Source of the DNA: Fibrobacter succinogenes subsp. succinogenes S85
Lineage (GTDB): Bacteria > Fibrobacterota > Fibrobacteria > Fibrobacterales > Fibrobacteraceae
Direction: 5' to 3'
NCBI RefSeq assembly: GCF_000146505.1
Contig: NC_017448.1
Location: 3,750,001-3,782,000 of the forward strand
DNA: 32,000 nt
The position numbers and the translations under genes were made by a program. The notes below the pieces were generated by a model. It did not search any database and was not told the origin of the DNA. It saw nothing but the letters and a program-made list of their open reading frames with translations. This document shows, in pieces, positions 25,993 to 32,000 of this stretch (within the stretch, counting starts at the first letter, position 1; each line of letters opens with the position of its first letter).

Positions 25993-26598
25993 CTATATCA
26001 ATGCATATTCAACAACCGTTTTAAAACCAGCATCAACTAATGCTGATCGGATGTCGTTGGGCGTCAATCCCATTCCAAAATCGTGAACATTTTTTAAAAT
26101 TCTAGCACGCCTTGATTTCAATTCGGAATTATTTAGATTAAAGGTCTTTATCGTGTAATCAGCCCTTTGGGCTTCTTGTTTTGACAATCCGGGAGCAACG
26201 ATTATTTCTCCATTTTCCATATAGGTAAAATATCGTTCAACATTGTTTTCGTTTGGAGAAATTAGCAAATCGTAATCACGTTTGTTGGTGACAATACTGT
26301 CTTTATATTTGGCCCCATAATGTTCGCTTAGACCGTCTACAAATAAATTGTTCCAATCAAAAGTTCGCTTAGGGAATAAACTTCTCTTGTAGAAATGATC
26401 TATATGAGATTTTGGAGAGATTGGCTCTTCTGTGTAGGCACTAACGCCACCTTGTTCTTTGATAAGAGCTAATTTTATTTGGCTATAGAGGTCTGGAAAT
26501 TTCGTCTGTTTATGCAGATCTTCCCATGTTCTAGGTTTTTCGCGATAAACATAATCTGTAAAAGAATTTAGAGAGGCGTTTTTCTTGACAGAGATCAT
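25993..26598 (-). CDS. ptuB: PtuB-like HNH-fold endonuclease (TIGR02646-type), a variant lacking the zinc-binding cysteines
   Basis: The 201-aa ORF starts in an ATGA overlap with the upstream ATPase stop. Its core reads SAYTEEPISPKSHIDHFYKRSLFP...WNNLFVDGL...YGAKYK. That aligns with the TIGR02646 pattern CxYCE...hIDHfxP...WxNL..sC..CN..K, with His and Asn retained and the cysteines replaced. Confidence 0.65.
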   Translation of the reverse strand: MISVKKNASLNSFTDYVYREKPRTWEDLHKQTKFPDLYSQIKLALIKEQGGVSAYTEEPISPKSHIDHFYKRSLFPKRTFDWNNLFVDGLSEHYGAKYKDSIVTNKRDYDLLISPNENNVERYFTYMENGEIIVAPGLSKQEAQRADYTIKTFNLNNSELKSRRARILKNVHDFGMGLTPNDIRSALVDAGFKTVVEYALI

Positions 26599-27878
26599 AC
26601 AAGCCCCTTCTCTATACGCTTTTCTTGCAAGGAAATTTTAAAAAATTCTGGGTCAGCGGGGTTTATATTGTTTTTGAGCCAGGATAGAATCTCTTGATAC
26701 TTATCTGATTTACAATCACCTTTTTTTAGCAAAATCCAAAGTTCATCTAATTTCTTTTGAACATCGTCATTTCGTAAGCTTCTCAACTGAAATACATCAT
26801 TTAATATCAAATCGACCGTCTGACCGTACTGGTTTCGCTTTGTAGGGACCGCTTCGCCATTGGACAATGCTATAAGCATGTCTTTTTCAGAGTTTTTTAG
26901 ATTGGTAATGATATGCGGTGAATGCGTTGTCAAAAAGAATTGCACCTTTGGGAATGTTTTTTTGAGATGGTCTATAACCCCCATTTGCCATTCGGGGTGC
27001 AAGTGCAACTCAATTTCGTCTATCATCACAACCGCCGTTTTTTTGAGCGGATCTTCTGCATTAGGATTCGCCATCGCCATTTTGCGGGCTATGTCGCAAA
27101 CTAACGCAATGTATGACTTTTCGCCATCGGACAATTGACTAAAATTAAATGATTCGCCTCTTTTCTCAACAACAAAAGAAAGAGGATCGCGTTTAACACG
27201 AAACTTTTGGTAACCCGGCAAAAGATTTTTGATGGCCGAACGGACTGCTGTGAGTTGAACATCGCCTTTGAATTTTGTGCCGTGTTCGCGATACAGCTCG
27301 TTTTCTAGATCTTCGCGTTCACGGAACCACAAGAAAAATGAATGGAAATTAACACTATTGTTTAAGCCACTGTCAAAGGCATCGAGTGGACTGAGAGCGT
27401 GTTTTTTACGAACACGCAACGGGACGGAATCAACAACTCTGTTGACTGAATAAAAATCAACCAATGGCAGATTGTGATTTTTCCCATCTATGAAGCGTTC
27501 TATCTTGGAATCGGCATAATTATTTAGTTCAGCCCTACTAGCTTGTCGTTCTATATTCTTTCTATATGATGTACGTTTTTTAAACAGCGACCATCGAACT
27601 ACTTGATCTTGTTCTCCTATCTTTTCTACAACTTCAATTTCAATAAAGGCATATGGTTCACCATTTGTAATATCGCAATCGCTTAAAGACAATCCCTTAC
27701 CTTTGGGGCTTTTTAGTCGGGCAACATACCATGAGAAAAGAAATTGCATTGCAACGAGCACTGTCGTTTTGCCGGCACCGTTGATTCCTGCAAAGACGAC
27801 CATCTTTGAATTTGAAAAATCTAGATCAAGATTTTTTATTCCACGAAAGTTCTCGATTCTAAGTTTCTTTACTCTCAT
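26595..27878 (-). CDS. ptuA: PtuA-like ABC/SMC-type ATPase (AAA_15/AAA_21 class), the Septu ATPase component
   Basis: The ORF has MRVKKLRIENFRGIKNLDLDF, Walker A GINGAGKTT, the signature-like LSDGEKS, Walker B VVMIDEIELHLHP and the H-loop TTHSP. I place the start at the internal ATG (27878). The family N-terminus begins there, so the 30-codon extension in the ORF track (to 27968) looks spurious. Confidence 0.75.
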   Translation of the reverse strand: MRVKKLRIENFRGIKNLDLDFSNSKMVVFAGINGAGKTTVLVAMQFLFSWYVARLKSPKGKGLSLSDCDITNGEPYAFIEIEVVEKIGEQDQVVRWSLFKKRTSYRKNIERQASRAELNNYADSKIERFIDGKNHNLPLVDFYSVNRVVDSVPLRVRKKHALSPLDAFDSGLNNSVNFHSFFLWFREREDLENELYREHGTKFKGDVQLTAVRSAIKNLLPGYQKFRVKRDPLSFVVEKRGESFNFSQLSDGEKSYIALVCDIARKMAMANPNAEDPLKKTAVVMIDEIELHLHPEWQMGVIDHLKKTFPKVQFFLTTHSPHIITNLKNSEKDMLIALSNGEAVPTKRNQYGQTVDLILNDVFQLRSLRNDDVQKKLDELWILLKKGDCKSDKYQEILSWLKNNINPADPEFFKISLQEKRIEKGLV

Positions 27879-27966
27879 AATATAAACCTGCTTTATATGA
27901 GGAGAAATATATAAATATCTTGCTAAGGATGATGATTTCATTTTGTAGCACTTATACACTCTTAAC

Positions 27967-27972
27967 ATTATA
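27967..27972 (-). promoter_or_regulatory. Perfect TATAAT hexamer on the minus strand about 90 nt upstream of ptuA; a possible -10 element
   Basis: The plus strand reads ATTATA at 27967-27972. There is no convincing -35 element. Motif match only. Confidence 0.2.
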
Positions 27973-28048
27973 GCCTTGATTAAACTCTATGAGTTGCATT
28001 ATTTTTTAGTTTTTCAAGATTATCTACTGTGTAAGAACACGATAATTA

Positions 28049-28063
28049 GGGGTAGTTGCGGTA
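28049..28063 (+). repeat. Right copy of the perfect 15-bp direct repeat, GGGGTAGTTGCGGTA
   Basis: This is an exact match to 21356-21370. It lies at the AT-rich to GC-rich transition, 76 bp upstream of the fnlA-like ATG at 28139. Confidence 0.9.
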
Positions 28064-28171
28064 CATGCTCTTTTCTTTCCACAATGTCCTCTCATTTTTA
28101 CTACATTTTGCTTGCAAAAACAATAAAAAGGACTATTTATGTCAAGCTCCATTTTCTGTGACTAGACTCTC

Positions 28172-29191
28172 TTGATTACCGGCGGTACGGGTAGTTTCGG
28201 CAATGCTGTGCTCAACCGCTTCCTCCAGACCGACATCGGCGAAATTCGCATTTTCAGCCGCGACGAGAAGAAGCAGGATGACATGCGCCACGAATTCCAG
28301 GCCAAGATGCCGGAAGCGGCCGACAAGATCAAGTTCTACATCGGCGATGTGCGCGACCTCCAGAGTGTCAAGAATGCGATGCACGGGGTGGACTACATTT
28401 TCCATGCGGCTGCCCTCAAGCAGGTGCCGAGCTGCGAATTTTTCCCGCTCGAAGCTGTCAAGACCAACGTGTTCGGTACGGACAATGTGCTGACAGCCGC
28501 CATCGAAGAAGGTGTCAAGAATGTGGTTTGCTTGAGCACGGACAAGGCTGCTTATCCGGTGAATGCGATGGGTACGAGCAAGGCCATGATGGAAAAGGTC
28601 ATCGTGGCAAAGTCCCGCACGGTGAGCCCGGAAAAGACGAAGATTTGCTGCACGCGTTACGGCAATGTGATGTGCAGCCGCGGTTCCGTGATTCCGCTGT
28701 GGATTGACCAGATTCGCGCAGGTCCGCCGATTACCATTACCGAAGGCTCCATGACGCGCTTTATCATGAGTCTCGACGAAGCTGTGGACTTGGTGCTGTT
28801 TGCATTCGAAAACGGTGTCTCGGGCGACATTTTGGTGCAGAAGGCTCCGGCTTGCACTATCCAAACTCAGGCTGAAGCTGTGTGCGAACTTTTCGGCGGC
28901 GACAAGAATGCTATCAAGGTCATCGGTATCCGTCACGGCGAAAAAATGTACGAAACGCTCCTGACAAACGAAGAATGCGCCCATGCGATTGACCTCGGCA
29001 ACTTCTACCGTGTGCCTTGCGACAAGCGCGGCTTGAACTACGACAAGTACTTCAACAAGGGCGATACGGAACGCAACACGCTCACCGAGTTCAACTCCAG
29101 CAATACCAAGCTCTTGAATATTGAACAGGTGAAGCAGAAACTCCTCACGCTCCAGTACATCCGCGAAGAACTCGCCAAGGCGGGTAAGTAA
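28172..29191 (+). CDS. fnlA: UDP-N-acetylglucosamine 4,6-dehydratase/5-epimerase (FnlA/CapE family), copy 2. The native ATG appears to be at 28139, followed by an in-frame TAG at codon 9.
   Basis: The ORF reads ITGGTGSFGNAVLNRFLQTDIGEIRIFSRDEKKQDDMRHEF...YIGDVRD...TDKAAYPVNAMGTSKAMME. The track's start is a TTG placed directly on the Rossmann glycine loop. In frame, 33 nt upstream, there is AAGGA, 6 nt, then ATG TCA AGC TCC ATT TTC TGT GAC TAG ACT CTC TTG. Confidence 0.85.
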   Translation: MITGGTGSFGNAVLNRFLQTDIGEIRIFSRDEKKQDDMRHEFQAKMPEAADKIKFYIGDVRDLQSVKNAMHGVDYIFHAAALKQVPSCEFFPLEAVKTNVFGTDNVLTAAIEEGVKNVVCLSTDKAAYPVNAMGTSKAMMEKVIVAKSRTVSPEKTKICCTRYGNVMCSRGSVIPLWIDQIRAGPPITITEGSMTRFIMSLDEAVDLVLFAFENGVSGDILVQKAPACTIQTQAEAVCELFGGDKNAIKVIGIRHGEKMYETLLTNEECAHAIDLGNFYRVPCDKRGLNYDKYFNKGDTERNTLTEFNSSNTKLLNIEQVKQKLLTLQYIREELAKAGK

Positions 29192-30396
29192 TGAATATAT
29201 TGGTGACTGGCGCAAAGGGGTTTGTGGGTCGCAACCTGGTGGCTGCGCTCAAGAACATCCGCGATGGCAAGGACCGCACGCGTGGTGATTTGATCATTGG
29301 CGATATCTACGAATACGATATTGACTCGACTTTGGCGGACCTTGATGACGCCTGCATGCACGCGGACTTCGTGTTCAATCTTGCTGGCGTGAACCGTCCG
29401 AAAGATAATAGCGAATTCATGGCGGGCAACTTCGGTTTTGCAAGTGACCTTTTGGAAACGCTCAAGCGCCACAAGAATTTGTGTCCGGTGATGCTCAGCA
29501 GCAGCATCCAGGCGACGCTTGCGGGCCGTTTTGGCAACAGCGAATATGGCCGTAGCAAAAAAGCGGGCGAGGAGCTGTTCTTTGAATACAGCCAAGAAAC
29601 TGGCGCGAAGGTTTTGGTGTACCGTTTTCCGAACTTGTTCGGTAAGTGGTGCCGCCCGAACTACAACAGTGCCGTGGCTACGTTCTGCAACAACATCGCG
29701 AACGACTTGCCGATTCAGGTGAACGACCCGAACGTCGATATGGAACTCCTCTACATCGATGACCTCGTGGAAGAGATGATTGCCGCCTTGAAGGGCGGGG
29801 AACATCATGCCGAATTTGACGGCGTTGAAACGGTCTTGACGGAAAATGGTCGCTATTGCGCAGTGCCGACGGTCCATAAGATTAAGCTCGGTGCCATTGT
29901 GGATTTGCTCAACAAGTTCCACGATCAGCCGAATACGCTCGTGATGCCGGAAATTCCGAACAACAGTTTCGAGAAAAAACTTTACTCCACCTACCTGAGC
30001 TACTTGCCCAAGGAAAAGGTCTCGTTCCCGCTCAAGATGAACGTTGATGCCCGCGGCAGCTTCACCGAACTTTTGAAGACGGTGAATTGCGGACAGTTCA
30101 GCGTGAACGTGTCCAAGCCGGGAATTACCAAGGGTGAACACTGGCACCACAGCAAGTGGGAATTCTTCATTGTGGTGAGCGGTCGCGCCCTGATTCAGGA
30201 ACGCAAGGTCGGCACGGATGAAATTATGGAATTCGAAGTGAGCGGTGATAAGATTGAAGCGGTTCACATGCTCCCGGGTTATACGCACAACATCATCAAC
30301 CTCTCGCAGACCGAAAACCTCGTGACTGTCATGTGGGCGAACGAATCCTTTGACCCGAACCACCCGGATACCTTCGGGGAGAAAGTGGTAAAATAA
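29191..30396 (+). CDS. fnlB: CapF/FnlB-type bifunctional reductase/epimerase (N-terminal SDR plus C-terminal cupin)
   Basis: The 401-aa ORF has MNILVTGAKGFVGRNL, FNLAGVNRP, LSSSIQA, YRFPNLFGKWCRPNYNSAVATFC and IQVNDPNV, which closely match the S. aureus CapF pattern. A TAATG overlap links it to fnlA. Confidence 0.85.
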   Translation: MNILVTGAKGFVGRNLVAALKNIRDGKDRTRGDLIIGDIYEYDIDSTLADLDDACMHADFVFNLAGVNRPKDNSEFMAGNFGFASDLLETLKRHKNLCPVMLSSSIQATLAGRFGNSEYGRSKKAGEELFFEYSQETGAKVLVYRFPNLFGKWCRPNYNSAVATFCNNIANDLPIQVNDPNVDMELLYIDDLVEEMIAALKGGEHHAEFDGVETVLTENGRYCAVPTVHKIKLGAIVDLLNKFHDQPNTLVMPEIPNNSFEKKLYSTYLSYLPKEKVSFPLKMNVDARGSFTELLKTVNCGQFSVNVSKPGITKGEHWHHSKWEFFIVVSGRALIQERKVGTDEIMEFEVSGDKIEAVHMLPGYTHNIINLSQTENLVTVMWANESFDPNHPDTFGEKVVK

Positions 30397-31580
30397 TGCA
30401 GATTAAAACTGATTACTCTGGTGTGAAATTCGCCGATAACGGCAAGCTGAAACTTTTGATTATCGTGGGTACGCGCCCCGAAATCATCCGCCTCGCGGCA
30501 GTCATCAACAAGTGCCGCAAGTACTTTGACTGCGTTCTCGCGCACACCGGCCAGAACTACGATTACAACCTGAACGGCGTGTTCTTCAAGGACTTGAGCC
30601 TCAAGGATCCTGAAGTTTACATGGATGCCGTCGGTGATGACCTCGGAGCAACCGTGGGTAACATCATCAATTGCAGCTACAAGCTCATGGTCGCTTGCAA
30701 ACCGGACGCATTGCTGATTCTCGGTGATACCAACAGCTGCCTTTCTGCCATTGCCGCAAAGCGCCTGCACATTCCGATTTTCCACATGGAGGCAGGCAAC
30801 CGCTGTAAGGACGAATGCCTGCCCGAAGAGACCAACCGCCGCATCGTGGACATCATCAGCGATGTGAACATGGCCTACTCCGAACATGCCCGCCGTTACC
30901 TCGCTGACTGCGGCTTGCCCAAGGAACGCACGTACGTGACCGGTAGCCCCATGGCCGAAGTCCTGCACAAGAACCTCGCGCAAATCGAAGCGAGCGACAT
31001 TCACGCCCGCCTCGGCCTCGAAAAGGGCAAGTACATTTTGCTCAGCGCCCACCGCGAAGAAAACATCGACACCGAAAAGAACTTCACGAGCCTCTTTACC
31101 GCCATCAACAAAATGGCCGAAAAGTACGACATGCCGATTCTGTACAGCTGCCACCCGCGCAGCCGTAACCGCCTTGCCGCATCGGGATTCAAGCTCGACA
31201 AGCGCGTGATTCAGCACGAACCGCTCGGATTCCACGACTACAACTGCTTGCAGATGAACGCATTCGCCGTCGTAAGCGACAGCGGCACGCTCCCCGAAGA
31301 AAGCTCCTTCTTCACAAGTGTCGGCCACCCGTTCCCGGCAATCTGCATCCGCACCAGCACGGAACGCCCCGAAGCGCTTGACAAGGCCTGCTTCTTCATC
31401 GCCGGCATCGACGAAAAGTCCCTCTTGCAGGCCGTCGACACCGCCGTCACGATGAACTCCAACGGCGACTACGGCATTCCTGTGCCGGACTACATCGAAG
31501 AAAACGTCTCGACCAAGGTCGTGAAGATCATCCAGAGCTACACCGGCATCGTCAACAAGATGGTGTGGAGAAAGAACTAG
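30396..31580 (+). CDS. fnlC: Non-hydrolysing UDP-2-acetamido-2,6-dideoxy-hexose/UDP-GlcNAc 2-epimerase (FnlC/CapG type), copy 2
   Basis: The 394-aa ORF has LLIIVGTRPEIIRLAAVINK, HTGQNYDYNLNGVFFKDL, ILGDTNS and HMEAGNRC. A TAATG overlap links it to the preceding gene. Confidence 0.9.
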   Translation: MQIKTDYSGVKFADNGKLKLLIIVGTRPEIIRLAAVINKCRKYFDCVLAHTGQNYDYNLNGVFFKDLSLKDPEVYMDAVGDDLGATVGNIINCSYKLMVACKPDALLILGDTNSCLSAIAAKRLHIPIFHMEAGNRCKDECLPEETNRRIVDIISDVNMAYSEHARRYLADCGLPKERTYVTGSPMAEVLHKNLAQIEASDIHARLGLEKGKYILLSAHREENIDTEKNFTSLFTAINKMAEKYDMPILYSCHPRSRNRLAASGFKLDKRVIQHEPLGFHDYNCLQMNAFAVVSDSGTLPEESSFFTSVGHPFPAICIRTSTERPEALDKACFFIAGIDEKSLLQAVDTAVTMNSNGDYGIPVPDYIEENVSTKVVKIIQSYTGIVNKMVWRKN

Positions 31581-31605
31581 TCAAGGCTGGTTGATTGCCG
31601 AATTT

Positions 31606-31639
31606 CAGCACCCCGCAAGAGCAGGGTGCTGTTTGTTTT
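31606..31639 (+). terminator. Rho-independent terminator after fnlC
   Basis: CAGCACCC (31606-31613) pairs with GGGTGCTG (31624-31631) across a 10-nt loop and is followed by TTTGTTTT. It begins 26 nt after the fnlC stop codon. Confidence 0.6.
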
Positions 31640-31647
31640 GCTGGTGC

Positions 31648-31696
31648 TAGGGGTAAACCGTCACACCCCTATGTCATCCCGGCCTCCGAGCCGGGA
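31648..31696. repeat. Two further short GC-rich hairpins (AGGGGT/ACCCCT and TCCCGGC/GCCGGGA), possibly a REP-like extragenic palindromic element
   Basis: The inverted repeats were read directly from the sequence. The REP interpretation is a guess, because only one copy is visible in this window. Confidence 0.25.
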
Positions 31697-31735
31697 TTTC
31701 CCTTTGCCGATAAATGGGAGGAGACTCCTCGGAAA

Positions 31736-31990
31736 AGAGCGAATTTTTATAAGTGGCTTGTGGCTCTCAAGAATGACCTGCAAACGCTCTTAGCTCTTGA
31801 AGGACAAGATCGTGTCTATAAATTTATTTCAGATAAATTTGGTGAACGCGTGACAAAAGCGTTGTTTGAAAACATGGGGGCGAGTATGAAAAAGGAATTT
31901 GATAGCGGAAAAGTTAGAATTAGTAAAGCAGGGACAATTGGTTCGGTAGGAGTTTTGGCTTCGCATGGACACACGTTTTATGGGTCGTAG
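31736..31990 (+). CDS. Possible small hypothetical protein or gene fragment with an uncertain start (3' part of the 131-aa ORF)
   Basis: The open frame reads ...KRANFYKWLVALKNDLQTLLALEGQDRVYKFISDKFGERVTKALFEN...GHTFYGS. The first 45 or so codons of the tracked ORF run through the terminator and hairpins and are unlikely to be coding. I recognise no family. Confidence 0.25.
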   Translation, partial: RANFYKWLVALKNDLQTLLALEGQDRVYKFISDKFGERVTKALFENMGASMKKEFDSGKVRISKAGTIGSVGVLASHGHTFYGS

Positions 31991-32000
31991 AAGGACTCCG

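Noticed and set aside
27879-27968. The 30-codon N-terminal extension of the ATPase ORF (MLRVYKCYKMKSSSLARYLYISPHIKQVYI).
   Set aside because: ABC/SMC-type defence ATPases begin with the M-x-I/V-K-x-L-x-I-x-N-F-R motif, which starts here at the internal ATG (27878). The extension is AT-rich, looks non-conserved and probably belongs to the promoter or leader region.
25993-28138. A possible retron (Ec78-like msr-msd plus RT plus PtuAB) arrangement.
   Set aside because: No reverse-transcriptase ORF is present. Only about 170 nt of AT-rich DNA separate ptuA from the 15-bp repeat, and I saw no long inverted repeats typical of msr/msd in it.
27976-28161. The 61-aa plus-strand ORF in the ptuA-fnlA spacer.
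   Set aside because: It has AT-rich, low-complexity translation and no SD. It spans the right direct repeat and the fnlA leader and start region, so it is more plausibly regulatory or spacer DNA.
31595-31735. The N-terminal 45 or so codons of the 131-aa ORF (MPNFSTPQEQGAVCFAGARGKPSHPYVIPASEPGFPF...).
   Set aside because: This part is translated straight through the fnlC terminator stem-loop and two further palindromes. The peptide is an artefact of reading structured non-coding DNA.
1-32000. CRISPR arrays, tRNA, rRNA or tmRNA genes, and long tandem repeats.
   Set aside because: Reading through the window, I found no regularly spaced direct repeats, no cloverleaf-like GC-rich segments of 70-90 nt in the intergenic regions, and no rRNA-like sequence. 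The intergenic space is very limited outside 21343-22302, 25897-25992 and 27879-28138.

Overview
The window appears to be a bacterial surface-glycan region interrupted by a small defence island. I cannot assign a taxon from the sequence, and all homology calls are by-eye motif recognition because no searches were run.

(1) Positions 1-21342, minus strand: one tightly packed operon of about 21 genes for a Wzx/Wzy-dependent heteropolysaccharide.
- Initiation end: a PglC-type initiating phosphoglycosyl transferase, a NeuD/PglD-type acetyltransferase and an SDR epimerase/dehydratase.
- Sugar supply: a WbuB-like glycosyltransferase and a three-gene UDP-2-acetamido-2,6-dideoxy-L-hexose pathway with an RmlD-type reductase.
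- Assembly: several GT2/GT4/CgeB-type glycosyltransferases, an EpsG-family polymerase, a pyruvyl transferase and a Wzx flippase.
- Distal end: a DegT aminotransferase and a module of two ATP-grasp genes, a CitE-like gene and an unknown gene.

(2) Positions 28139-31580, plus strand: a second, GC-richer CapE/CapF/CapG (FnlABC) UDP-L-FucNAc-type operon followed by a terminator.

(3) Positions about 21343-28138, between the two operons: a compositionally mosaic insert.
- It holds a decayed Panacea-domain gene, an IS256-family transposase N-terminal remnant, an AT-rich orphan gene for a 1197-aa protein, and a PtuA/PtuB (Septu-type) ATPase plus HNH pair.
- The 1197-aa protein has no NTPase motif I can see. 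It has TPR-like helical repeats and a C-terminal PD-(D/E)xK-like module.
- A perfect 15-bp direct repeat brackets the insert.

The orphan 1197-aa gene is my best candidate for an undescribed, probably defence-related function. Other points worth follow-up:
- Two glycosyltransferase genes are broken at 9-nt A/T homopolymers, which could be phase variation or assembly error.
- The second fnlA copy has an in-frame TAG at codon 9.
- One glycosyltransferase has an unusual GT2-TM-GH88/105-like fusion architecture.
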